A stretch of 63,142 nucleotides of DNA, the filler included, from Squatina squatina (lineage: Eukaryota): the NCBI GenBank assembly GCA_031763465.1. It is 4 parts of 4 records of this genome, joined end to end, with 100 filler letters (N's around TTAATTAATTAA, not from the genome) between each part and the next. Parts side by side here need not be neighbours in the genome. Positions count along the whole stretch, not along the records: positions 33,540 to 47,658 come from JARFOE010000013.1; positions 47,759 to 63,142 come from JARFOE010000004.1; 2 more parts are not named here. One strand, given 5' to 3'. Each line of letters begins with the position of its first letter. Position 1 is the first letter of the stretch. The position numbers were made by a program, and so were the translations under genes. Shown here one piece after another: positions 36,378-48,880 of the stretch. Under the pieces are notes generated by a model that worked only from the letters and a program-made list of their open reading frames with translations, was not told the DNA's origin and made no database searches.

Positions 36378-36506
36378 GGTAACATTTGTTTTCCTACATT
36401 ACAACAGTGACTGCATTTCAAAAAGTATTTCATTGTCTGTAAAGCGCTTTGCAATGGCTGGTGGTTGTGAAAAGCACTGCAGAAATGCACGTCTTTCTTT
36501 TTTTTA
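36378..36506 (+). mobile_element. Deu-domain SINE 3' tail fragment
   Basis: tttcctacattacaacagtgactgcatttcaaaagtatttcattgtctgtaaagcgcttt...gaaatgcacgtctttc. Confidence 0.8.
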
Positions 36507-37369
36507 ATTGGAAAATGTAGGTGGTGATAAAAGAGAAACTGTTGAGAGCAAGAACAAGTTTAGCTCGGTGGAAGTGGGCAATGGTAGTAGGCGACTGGTT
36601 GGAGTGCTACTTGAGAGAAAAAGAGACCACTTGATGAGAGACTTTTTTGAGACTTAACTTGGGTTTATAATCAGAGTTTTTCTTGGACAAATGACTTTCA
36701 AGCAGATTGGGATCCATGTTGTTAGACTTTTGCAGTGTTCATTTTTGGGTTGTAGCAGAACTCATGTAATCATCAATGTTTGCTTTAAGAGCTGGTGTAA
36801 ACAAAACCTGCACAACAGTGTTATTATTTTGATACGTTCTAAAAATATAACTATGAAGGTATTTCATAGAATGCCAGACTGATGCTGAAGAGATTAGTTG
36901 GCACCTTCAGAAACTTGCTCAAAAAATTATGTAAAACATCAACAAGTTCAAACTGTCTGATTTTTTTAATAAATTAGATTTTTGTTTCATTCCAAGTAGG
37001 CTAATGAAGGAAAAGTACTTAAAAATATCTGGCAGCAGAGAGCCACAGTGATATGAAACATCTGTAGCCTGCAGCCTTCATTTCTTTACCAGCTGCCAAA
37101 CTAAATTTTATCCATTTGAGCACCAAGGATTACTCCAGTATTCATTCTGCAAACAGTTCTGTAACTACCAAATAGAAAAAAGACTGCCACTATTGGGCAC
37201 AATATATAATATGATGCAGGTAGCCAGTGGACTTTCCTGTCTCTTGATACTAATTATTGGAAGAAAAATTACACATGCAGTTTAATATATGTGTGGAACT
37301 GACACATTGGGATGGATATATCGCTGGTCATTAAATTTAATTTAAAAATCTAGACGTGAGTGAGTAGGA

Positions 37370-37473
37370 AGCTTTGGTCCCCTTATTTAAGGAAGAATAT
37401 ACTTGCATTGGAGGCAGTTCAGAGAAGGTTCACTAGGTTGATTCCGGGTATGGAAGGATTGTCTTATGAGGAA
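37370..37473 (+). mobile_element. CR1 ORF2 C-terminal fragment, truncated by gap
   Basis: LWSPYLRKNILALEAVQRRFTRLIPGMEGLSYEE. Confidence 0.9.
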
Positions 37474-38556
37474 NNNNNNNNNNNNNNNNNNNNNNNNNNN
37501 NNNNNNNNNNNNNNNNNNNNNNNNNNNNNNNNNNNNNNNNNNNNNNNNNNNNNNNNNNNNNNNNNNNNNNNNNAAAGTATCATGTTGATCTATTTTACTT
37601 CATCTGAAATGCATAGACTTAACAGGGACATTTTGATAGTTTACTTGTAGTTAAGTCTTTGTCTTGTGTCAATATCAGTTAGTCTTCCTTTCTTCCATTG
37701 CTGGTTTGTGATTCAAGTTTGATTCTAATCACTCTGAGATTATAGGGACATGGGAACCTAGCTTCCTTATCAAAACCTGAGAGTGGAAGATAGGGGCTGG
37801 AACTGGATTTTATCAACAGGATATTGTTGGCAAATGCTGAGAACATTTGTGCTCTGTATGAGGTAGTTATTGGCAGGTCCTAATTTGTCTCCAGACAGTC
37901 TCTGGGCTTTGTTTCACACATTTTGATGAAATGCAGGAGCAGTTTTTTTCAAGAAACTGAAGTGTTCCTTGAGACTGCATTTTCCATTCAGGCAGTAAGG
38001 CAAGTTGCTCAACTGATTAAACTGTTGCGAGCTTAAATTTTTTTTTGTTTTGTTGGCTTATTGATTTCTCTTTTTCATATCCCTTCCAGTAAATGAATTT
38101 TTAAACAATCTTTCAAAATTCATCTTATTTTCAGTCAATTATGTAAGCATCAAAGTGACTCTTGGATTGGAATATTTTTCAATTTTTATTACCCAGTACC
38201 AACCATCAAGTACTTTCAGGTCTCAGACATAGCACAAATGGACGGAGCACCAACATAACATTTTCATTTCCCACAGCAGCCTTCCTTATGGTCTCTCTAA
38301 TTGAAGTTGCCAAATTGTAAGAAGTTTTCAGCTTTGGCTCAAACTTAGAAGGAAATGGGTTGAGACTGTCCAAAACCATTTTACACAGGGCCCTTACTGG
38401 GTAGAAGGTGCAGGCTTTCACCCCATTCTTATGGGCTGCTTTCAAACCAAGATCCCNNNNNNNNNNNNNNNNNNNNNNNNNNNNNNNNNNNNNNNNNNNN
38501 NNNNNNNNNNNNNNNNNNNNNNNNNNNNNNNNNNNNNNNNNNNNNNNNNNNNNNNN

Positions 38557-38765
38557 AGCACGTCTCCGTTCTTAGCTCTCAGCGGGGTAGGTCCTTGGGT
38601 GTTTGGGCCATAGGTGGTCTTGACTACACTGACGAATCCCCCCATATCGTTGTTGTCGGCAAGTTGCTGGATCTCCTGCGCCCTTTCAGCCCACCATCTA
38701 TTCTTTAGGTCCCGAGTTTTTTGTTGGATCTTGGTCTTCGTTTGTCTGTAGACCTGTTTTCTTCA
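38557..38765 (-). mobile_element. RTE-clade LINE ORF fragment (EN-RT linker)
   Basis: Open frame RKQVYRQTKTKIQQKTRDLKNRWWAERAQEIQQLADNNDMGGFVSVVKTTYGPNTQGPTPLRAKNGDV, with the WW...A.E.Q..AD...K..YGP signature of RTE/BovB-like elements. Confidence 0.8.
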
Positions 38766-39591
38766 CAGAGCACAGTTGTTCAGAAAATCATTTTTTATAT
38801 CAGATTGTTCGTAGTAGAATTATACTGGTAACAATTTTTCAGTAACAGCCAGATATAAAGTTATCTTGCTCCTTTAACCTGCTAGATACTGAATTTGTTC
38901 CAAATTGATTTCGCTTGTCCCCGAATAGGATCAAACATTGCAATGAACCAACAATTTTTTCTAAGTTATTTGGTTTAACAGAAAGTCATTTATTTTACTA
39001 ACATATGTGCTCATATAAGCAAAAGAACTAAGCAGTATCATCATGCTTGGGAATTTTCATCTGGGTAATTAAGTTCACTTCAATAGCATTAGAATCAAAA
39101 TGCTATCTTCCTATCACATAAGAAATAATGCACAAAATTAACCTGGCCATTGTAACAGAACATGTTGCACCCTTTTCTGTGTAACATCAAAGTCACGCAG
39201 AAGGAAAGCAGGATTCGGCAACAGACTTGCACAGATAACTTATCTGTAATTTCTCTATGCTGTTGGGCTGTTATCTTACCATGACCACAGTTATATATTC
39301 CTATTGTCAGGAATAGAATTGTGAAGTCGTCAATGAGAAGGTGCACACTTTCAGCTTCTATATCTGTATTTTATTTCAACTGGTAAATTCTTGTATTCTC
39401 ACAGTAATTTTACACAATATCTTACTAAGAAGTATAAAAATACATATTTCTTCAACAGTCTAGAATATTCAATTTGAAGTTCTCAACTTTCAGAAAGGTT
39501 TTAAAAATCCCAAATCATGCATACCATTCAATATTTTTCAAAAACTGTACAAATACAAAATAAAATGAGAAATGGTTTGCATAATATAATT

Positions 39592-39734
39592 GGGGGTAAT
39601 TTTGACTTTATGTGACAGCATAAAATGTGTGATATCGATTCAGCCACCCAATACACATCTCTCCCAATCGCTTAATGAATGGCTGAATCGGTATCGCCCG
39701 TTTTATACTATTACCCAAAGTCAAAATTACCTCC
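39592..39734. mobile_element. Complete 143-bp hairpin MITE with 3-bp ATT target-site duplication
   Basis: Left end GGGGGTAATTTTGACTTT versus reverse-complemented right end GGAGGTAATTTTGACTTT (17/18). The arms stay complementary for about 55 bp (gattcagcca/tggctgaatc). ATT lies at 39589-39591 and 39735-39737. Confidence 0.85.
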
Positions 39735-42700
39735 ATTGGATTATAGCACAGGCCTATTACACTGTACCAGTGCTATCACATGGGAGTTATCTACTNNNNN
39801 NNNNNNNNNNNNNNNNNNNNNNNNNNNNNNNNNNNNNNNNNNNNNNNNNNNNNNNNNNNNNNNNNNNNNNNNNNNNNNNNNNNNNNNNNNNNNNNAATGT
39901 CTATGAGTGAAATGTACAGCTTGGATTTGCAGCAGAACCACACCACTGAACTCTGTAACCGCACTTAGTCAGAAAATCCTGTTCCAATCAAATAAATGGT
40001 TTAAGATGTACAAGTAGGAGTTTCTGCAGAGAGTCAGCTTTCGAAGCCACCTGGACCATGTGTTAGAGATTCTATCCATCAATAAGGCAGCTGGACTAAA
40101 ATCATAAACAGGACTGCTTTTCATCATGTCTACTGTAAAGTATATAGCTCTCCTGTCAAAAGACACTTACACACAAGCTGACTGGAACCACTAATGGCAC
40201 CCATTACCTTCACTCCATACCATTGTTCTTTAATACTCTATATGCACAACAAATCAGAGGTATCTTTTTTCACAATACTGTTAACTGTAATTCAAATACA
40301 CTCCTGTTGTTCCATTTCAAAGTAATCTTCTCCATGTTTAGGAGCATTTATAAAAAGATTTTAACATATGTTTTACTTTAAGAGATGTAGTGCAGACTTT
40401 TACAAATTTTAGTGCTTTACTGTGAGCAGAAACAGACAATTATTGTAAGCTAATGTGAATTTGTACTTTATTGCATTTATTTAATAAAGAACAAAGACGT
40501 GCCTTGGATAAAAGACAAGAGAATGTTTAAGGCAATAATCATTCAGAAAATGTGGGGATGGAGCATTACAAAAAGTTATCATAACTAATGTGGTTTGCCT
40601 TCAAATATTTTTCTCTAACATTACAGTTCAAGGTTTTTATTCTGTGCTCGGCCATCTATCTCGAACGATATCTGCATTGTTCCTTGTCCATGCCAATCTG
40701 CATTAGTGCAATTAACATTTTAGACCTTTTGCCATGGAGCAGATGTAATGAACTTGAATTATAATATGTGCTTAACTTTTAAGATGGTTTGATTTATTCT
40801 TGTATGGGACTCTATAAAGATACGCTCAATAAGCATCAAGAAATCAATACAAAATATAAACTAAAATGAGCGACTGGGATCATGGTTGTGGACATCCATT
40901 TTCTTGATCAGCCGTTGCTTGAGAGCTACTTGCAAATAGAAAGTATGGCAGAAGACTATGTTGCCACTCATTCCTGTGCACCCTGAACCAATTTTGATTT
41001 GCAGAACCAATATTGCTCCATTGAAATGCTATATGCTAGAATTTTATGACTTACTTTGTGGTTCTTTTCTCCAGTCAGCTTTGTCCCTAAATGTTCTGAA
41101 AGACAGAATTGACACAACTTGAGTGTTTTGCTATTTTTTTTTAAAAAGTGATTCAAACNNNNNNNNNNNNNNNNNNNNNNNNNNNNNNNNNNNNNNNNNN
41201 NNNNNNNNNNNNNNNNNNNNNNNNNNNNNNNNNNNNNNNNNNNNNNNNNNNNNNNNNNTATCTATTTTCATGCTGAATAGGGAGTATACTGTGCACTGAG
41301 CCTAGCTGCTGCCTCCTGTCAAGCATGCTGTATTGCTGTTTAGAGTGTAAAACAGATTAACCCTTCCCAAACACACCTCATGTAGCAGTACATCCATTTC
41401 ACAAGTCATTAAACTGGGGGTTCAGGTGCTGCACTATTTCCCGGCTTGCCCACGGACCCTGATTCTTACCTCCATGTTTATTTTTCTTTCTCTTGGTTTG
41501 GCCAGGAACTTCTTTTCCCCCCGTATGGCTTTGGTAAGGTTAAAAATTCATCCCAAATATTTGTAGCTTTTGGAAAGGCTGAATAAATTTTGTCCCCGTA
41601 CATAGTCACTTACCTGTAAGTAGCAGCAATCCTATAACTGTTGTTGTTAGCTATTTAAGGACTGATGACACATACCATTTCTTTGCCTCTCCCCTTTGGT
41701 CAGTTCCCTGTGCCAGGTCCAATTAATTATGCATGGTCAATTAGGACTGGCCTGGGGAAATCTTGTGAAGTCATCCTGGTATGATGTAGGTGAGCATTCA
41801 GCTTCCTGCACTCCCATATCACCATTTCAGTGCTGAGCTGGAAAACTTACTCTGACACTGGCCCCATCCGGGACAAGCAGCACATGGAAGGTCAAAGATG
41901 AAGACATGCATCAATGGGAGAGTGACAATGGCAGATAGCAGGAACGATCTGGCACAGTGAAAACAGCAATGTTTATAGACAGCCTGATTATAATGCCATA
42001 ATAACTACAATAATATTCTGTGATACAAGCCTAAATTTTGGAATTGGAGTTATATGAATGAGGCTTGGAACAAAAGGAAGCTGGTAAAAACTGATTAGCG
42101 CAGGTCCTGAAGTGATAAAGCAAATTTGATGGACTGAATAGCCTTTTCACAATCATACAATGTTAATTTAATATTTTTACAAGTATTAGCAAAGTATATC
42201 TAACTTAGAATATAAGAGAGAGAAACATAATTAATAATTAGCATACATGTACAATTATAATGCTTACTTCATGTTTTAATTATATTTTTCTTAAAAATAT
42301 TTCGGTAAAGAATTAGGACACAATGCTGATGGGGAACAAAAAGAATAAACAATGCGGTGTTGCACTAATTTAGTTGTGATGCCCCATAATACTATTTAAA
42401 GAATTAGCTCCAATACTTCTGGCAGGATATATAAGCAATTGATCATCCAAATGTGAAATTTAAATTCCCACAGTCAGCAGATACACCATACATATTACTT
42501 CAGCAGACAGAAGTCACAGGTCCCACCGGGATGGAAAAACAAAAATTCTGTAGTATTTCCCAAAGGTGGAGGAAGTATTAAAAAAAACTAAAAGTACAGA
42601 TAGACAAAGAACTCACTATTTTGTGTGAAAAGGTAACTTGTTAAATTGTTTCAAGTTTTATATTTAAAATACCTTAAGAGTATAATTCTTTTAAAAAAAT

Positions 42701-43887
42701 AAACCTTTAGGTTTAGGAACAAAAAGTCATTTCAAACGGTCCTAATTTTTAAAAGTAGGTTAGTCACATATGGAGAGGATACTTCCACCATCCCCCCATC
42801 CCCTTCCCCGCATCCCTTCCCTGCCCCCTCTCTATATGTATTTTGGTTATTCTACCATTATGGGTATTACCAATACAGCTGATGAAAATATCCTACTATC
42901 CCAAAGTGCAACTTTTAAAAGCACACCTAAACAGATGTGCAAAATACCCTTTAAATGTTTGCAATCTTTCCGAAACTCAGGCCTTATTCCTTAGCATTTG
43001 ACTATTTTTATCTTTCCCAAGTACATCTGGTTGGTTCTTTGATCAAAAGTGTCATACCCAAAGGAAAACAAAACGGCTGATGAAAGGACGGCTTTTCAGA
43101 TTTGTTTCTCCTTAGACAATAATTTTGCAGAAATCAACAAGAGCAGCAGTCATCTGTAACTTAATAAAATGAGCAGTAGGAAGATGTATGGCCAGGCTGG
43201 AGCCAGACAGTGAATCATATTGCAAGAATGTACTTAAATCCTGGTACCAGTTCGTGACAAGGTCTGCACTCTGTCTTATACTTCAGAGTTGGAACGACTT
43301 CAGCAATCAGAAGAAAACATTTTAACTTGACAAACTCTGGAGGGATAAAATGGCTCCCGTTCTAATTCAACACAGATGCCATACTAAAAGTACAGCATCA
43401 TGATCTATAACTACAAACAGATATCAGCAAAAGCACAAAAACACTTAAGAAAAGAATGAATTATTTAAGCCCTCTTCAATTATGATAACCTTTCCCAACT
43501 ATGTAGAATGAACTATAATTTCTACAGTGAACCATCAAGGCTTAAAAAGGTGAATCGAGAGAGCCTTACGATTCCCAAATTAAAATAAGATGTGGTTCAG
43601 TGTTAAACATTTTAATTCAGCTGCTCCATTCAGTAACAGCACTGAGATAGTAACCCAGACAAAAATTGTTCCAGAGAGAAAAAGCTCCTCTGAAAGATTC
43701 GTAAGTGTATTCAGGGTTAAATAACATCTTGCTCTTCTAGAAAAGATTACTTGTTACTGCTCGCAGAGAAGGCCAGGCCAATGTTTGGCTGTTCAGTTTC
43801 TGGTACTAAATGCAAGTTTACAAAAATACGGACAAATCTGCGAGCAAAATTAGAACTGCCAGTCTGGCAACAGAATTTTATAATAAC

Positions 43888-44956
43888 CATAGAGGTTTAA
43901 AACATAGAAGGAGACCATTCAGCCCATCATGTCCACGCCAATACATAGAGAAATCCAAACCAATCCCACTGCCCCGCTCCATCCCTATAGTTTTCTATCC
44001 TCCTCTGCTGCTCTCTTAAAAGATGCATTGGTCGCTGTTTCATCCACTAGATATAACAACTCTTCCATAAAGAAATTTCTCCAAACCTCTCTCATCGCTT
44101 TCACAGTAATAACTTTAAATCAATGATCCCTTGTCACCGATTCCCAAACTAGAGGAAATAGTATTTCCTTATTCATATCATCAAAACCCTTCATAATTTA
44201 AAAAACCTCAATCAAATCTCCTATTAGCCTTCTCTGCTCCAGTGGAACTTTAAGTGCAAATAATGAGAGTTCTGTGAGGAAATTACAAAAAGTACTAAGA
44301 GCTTTCTTGTGTGCACAATCCNNNNNNNNNNNNNNNNNNNNNNNNNNNNNNNNNNNNNNNNNNNNNNNNNNNNNNNNNNNNNNNNNNNNNNNNNNNNNNN
44401 NNNNNNNNNNNNNNNNNNNNNTGTACACTCCTCGGTGTCTGTTCCTGCACCCTCTGTAAAATTGTATGATTTAGTTTATATTGTCTGTCTCGTCTGACCA
44501 GAATTAATCACTTTACACTTCTCTGCGTTAAATTTCATCTGCCATGTGTCTACCATTTCATCAGTCTATGTCCTCCTGAAGTCTGTAACTATCCTCCTCA
44601 TTGGTTACTACATTTCCAATTTTCGTGTCCTCTTTAAACTTTGATATTCTGTCCAGTAGACACAAGTCCAGATCATTGATATGCATCAAAAAGAGCAGTG
44701 GTCCCACTGGGGAACACTACTATATACTTCCCTCCAGTCTGAAAAAGAACCGTTCCCCATTACTACCACTGCTCCTTTAATCGCATGGACTTTAATTTTA
44801 CTAACAAGTTTATTGTAAGGTAGTTCATCAGTGAACTCAATCAAGTTAGTCAAACACGATTTGCCTTGAGAAAATCTGTGCTGACTTTCATTAATTAGCC
44901 CATATTTTTCTAAGTGCCAATTAATTTTGTCCCGGATCATTGTCTCTAAAAGTTTC
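43888..44956 (-). mobile_element. CR1-clade LINE remnants (RT region 44422-44956 and 3' end 43888-44250), spanning a gap
   Basis: KLLETMIRDKINWHLEKYGLINESQHRFSQGKSCLTNLIEF and PLEQRRLIGDLIEVF, plus the aggagaccattcagcccatc tail. Confidence 0.85.
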
Positions 44957-45744
44957 NNNNNNNNNNNNNNNNNNNNNNNNNNNNNNNNNNNNNNNNNNNN
45001 NNNNNNNNNNNNNNNNNNNNNNNNNNNNNNNNNNNNNNNNNNNNNNNNNNNNNNNNTCACAGACCCATCTGGCCACACAGCTACTAATCTTAACAGGATG
45101 TAATAAACAAGTGACACACAACTGCAAGCTCCATCTGCTGAGTTCAGTGGACAGCAGGACTGTTTGAAATAACCATTGCTGTTCCTGGTTGTATTAGCAT
45201 GGTCATATCCAACATTCTTGTCTTTCCTTCTGGGAAGGCTTTCTAAGATCACTATTGCCTAGTGTAAACTGTAAAACAAAAACTTTTTTTTTAAGGTGGC
45301 AGGATGACAAAATCTGTATAATATGGAAGATAATGCATTTTTTGCACGTATTACCATGTAAAACTCTGTAAATTACTGCTGGGCCACTACTTTTGTCGAC
45401 TTAAAGAACACTTATATGAAACCAAAATTAAATCTGCATACCATTCCTTAGGTAGTCTTAGGATTCTGCTATTTTTTCATAACCCTTAATATATGGTGAA
45501 GTAGTTATTCACCACCAATTTCAACCAGCTGGGTCAGTAGCCTCGAAAGAGAACATTAAATCTGCAGCCAAGCACACAAGTAAACGTTGGACNNNNNNNN
45601 NNNNNNNNNNNNNNNNNNNNNNNNNNNNNNNNNNNNNNNNNNNNNNNNNNNNNNNNNNNNNNNNNNNNNNNNNNNNNNNNNNNNNNNNNNNNTTTTAATT
45701 ATAAATGATATATAGTACTAAATATATTATTCGGGTGACCAGAT

Positions 45745-46330
45745 TTGCAGGACAAAACTAACCTTCTGCTTGAGCTGATGCCCTCACCATCCGAATGCGA
45801 TCGGGGCCAACCAGCAAATCTGCACGCGAGCTTCAATCCTGCTCAGCCCCACGTGACCCTCCCTCTCCCGGCAGTCTGCACCACGCATGCTCAGGACACA
45901 CTCCCTGGGACCTGCCAATCATCCGCCCCTATGCCTGCGCACTAGGTCCCTGAGCTACGGGCTGCTGCGCGGGTCTTTCTTTTTTACGACGTCTCAATCA
46001 GTAAGTTTTCCCCGAGCTCCGATTGAGCACAGAGGTGGGATAGAATGAAGGTAAGTCAAAACCTGCGATCTGGGACGTGAGCGGAGCTTAGCCAGTTTGG
46101 CGGAGTGCACTCGAGGGACCCATGGTGGGCTGGATCGGAGCCTTTGGCGGACCGCCTGTTGGACAACCCTGCAAATAGCTGAGGCCCAAGCACTAATCTT
46201 TGAAGCACTCCACCAGTTACAAACTGCAAACCCGAAAATGACCCGCTTATTCCTACGCTGTTTTGTGTCCGTTAATCAATCCTCAATCCATGCTAATGTA
46301 TTACCCCCAATCCCACGAGCCCCAATCTTG
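45745..46330 (+). promoter_or_regulatory. CpG-rich housekeeping-type promoter and first exon
   Basis: Local CpG enrichment with E-box CACGTGAC (45850), CCAATCA (45915), GC box CCGCCC (45923), NRF1-like TGCCTGCGCA (45932), pyrimidine tract TCTTTCTTTTTT (45974-45985), then ATG AAG and a consensus donor GTAAGT at 46051. Confidence 0.7.
46045..46050 (+). CDS. Candidate two-codon (Met-Lys) coding end of a first exon; gene unidentified
   Basis: agaATGAAG|gtaagt: A at -3 and a perfect donor just downstream of the promoter motifs. No downstream exon recognised in this scaffold. Confidence 0.4.
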
Positions 46331-46385
46331 TGTAACAACCTCTTGTGTGGCATCTTATCGAATGCCTTCTGAAAATCCAAATATA
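46320..46385 (-). mobile_element. Short CR1 RT fragment
   Basis: Minus strand reads YLDFQKAFDKMPHKRLLHKI. Confidence 0.8.
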
Positions 46386-47658
46386 TGCTTTTATCAGATT
46401 TATGCTTGTTTCATGTACGTACTTATCTAACCATGACAATACTGTTAAAGCTGGCATCATAAGTGGGGAAAGCTGTGCATTTAAAATGGTGGTTTCTCCT
46501 TTGGTACTAATTACACAGGAAAGTAGGAACAATGGATTAAGAATTCAAAATAAGAACAATAAGTACTGTGTAATACAATGCAAGATACTACTTGAATAGT
46601 TTTATAATCAGATGTAGAAGCTACACATTGCATTACCAGAAGTTTTTTTTAAAATATAACATTCTGAATTTGGATCCCACAGAATACAGTCAAGCAGCTT
46701 GCTGCTTATAGTTTTGCTTTTACATCACAGACCATTGAAGACTTATGATAATTTCCAGTTTTAAGTGCAGTACCACATAAATATTCCTAACATTCCACAT
46801 AGATTCTGAAATGTCACAAACAATATCTCAGAGAAATAATCAATATTCAGTTCATTTATCTTTAGGGAAAAGATACCTGACATCCACTGAAATTAAATGA
46901 AGGTTATCAAACACCNNNNNNNNNNNNNNNNNNNNNNNNNNNNNNNNNNNNNNNNNNNNNNNNNNNNNNNNNNNNNNNNNNNNNNNNNNNNNNNNNNNNN
47001 NNNNNNNNNNNNNNNAAACAACTACACACACCCTTATTCCTGGTGCTGTTTTCTTGGCTTCTGCTTTGAATCTAGTTGCTTTTAAAATTGATTTGGTTTT
47101 CTTATAATCTTGTTTTCCTGAGGGTAATAAAACAATTGTTAGTGATGTGTTATTTCCATATGGAAAGGACTTTTAAAGCATCTTTTAAACACTACTGATA
47201 ATGCAGAATATATTGTCAAATTTAAACTAGGTCACTGCTGGAATTCTGTGTTAAACTTATATACAATACCATGATAACATTTGAATACCAGATGCCAAAA
47301 ATGGTCAATTTGTTTTATTTCAAATTTAGTTACGGAATTAAAAGACCTCCGTAGTTCTAAAATGCTACGACCACTTCTCAAATTAGCTATCAGGAAATAA
47401 GCTATGAAGATATGCTCTATTGTTGCCCTAAAATCAAAGCCTTGTGAAAATTAGGGGTGGCCAATTTGTGTTTTGGGCGTTTCTAGCGCTAAGCGCCGAA
47501 TTTCGCACTGGAAATGGGAATCTTTGAAAATTTTCCTTCAACCTTCCAATTAGCCATTTTAGATTTCGAGCATTCAAACATGTGCAAAGGTTAATGTTAA
47601 GGAGCCTATACTGAACTGACTTATTCGTGGCGTTCGTGCAAATTCCAAAGCTTGCTTC

Positions 47659-47758
47659 NNNNNNNNNNNNNNNNNNNNNNNNNNNNNNNNNNNNNNNNNN
47701 NNTTAATTAATTAANNNNNNNNNNNNNNNNNNNNNNNNNNNNNNNNNNNNNNNNNNNN
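47659..47758. other. Artificial scaffold-join spacer
   Basis: 44 N + TTAATTAATTAA (47703-47714) + 44 N. Confidence 0.97.
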
Positions 47759-48764
47759 TGTCTATTTTTGTGCTCTATTAATGCAAAGGATGTGTTCCAA
47801 GTTATTACATTTCTCAAAAATTTAATGAATCCTAGTTTTCCCAAATCAGTGTCCTTTGTTTTGTGAGTTCAGTCACTGTAGTTCTTGATCATCTGAACTG
47901 TTTTGGATTTCTTCGGTTTTCATATACCTTTTCTATTTCAATAAATAGGTAACTGCATTTTGTTCCAGTATCATGTATTAAAAATATAATCATAAGTTTG
48001 GCAGTCCTGGATATTTCAAAATTGGTTAAAACTACTGCATTTTTGTCTTTCACGAAGTCATCCTCATAACCTTCAGGCTTATTACATCTATAATGTATGC
48101 AATTCATTTTCTGAATCTTAATGACGCCTTGTCAGATAGATTGGTGACACTTCTTCTGTCTCATCTTGAGCTTCCTTCCAGATATCACTTTACTGAGCTA
48201 AAAATAAAACTAAGCTATTGCAAGCCACCCCTTTCTTCAGGAAGTCAGAGCCATTAAATGCAGCCCTATCCTGCTGTCCTNNNNNNNNNNNNNNNNNNNN
48301 NNNNNNNNNNNNNNNNNNNNNNNNNNNNNNNNNNNNNNNNNNNNNNNNNNNNNNNNNNNNNNNNNNNNNNNNNNNNNNNNGTGATGAATTTCTATGGCTT
48401 GTCGCATTTTCATCTTTACCCCATTGAAACCTTTGCGGAGAGAATACAAAACTCTTTAGCTTAGACACAACTGTTTGTGAGAGTAGTGTCCAATATTATT
48501 CTGCCTATTATTTTAATGGAGATATTAACCCATTTATAGTAATGGTTAATGCCTACATTAAAATCCCATCCATGATTAGTAATTTCTAGGCTTTAATCTA
48601 TAACATTTTCAACAATGTTATAGATTGCTGGGCTCACAAAACATTTTACTCTCTTAGATTCCTCATAGCCTCTTCACAGTCTTGTTTGGTATTTCCTTCA
48701 TTATTGTTGAGTCAATATCCTGGAATTCTCTACATAATACCATTGCAGGATCACCATCTTCACA

Positions 48765-48880
48765 AGAGCTGCAGTGATTTAAGGAGGTGGCCCATTGCCA
48801 CCTTCTCAGAGCAGCTAGCTATGGGCAATAAAAGTGGCTTTAGCAACATCATCCATATCCCAAGAACAAATGAGAAACAA
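48765..48880 (+). mobile_element. LINE 3' tail (CR1-group family distinct from the other tails)
   Basis: ctgcagtgatttaaggaggtggccc...ccaccttctc...atgggcaataaaagtggc...catatccc resembles a common elasmobranch LINE terminus (recall). Confidence 0.5.
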
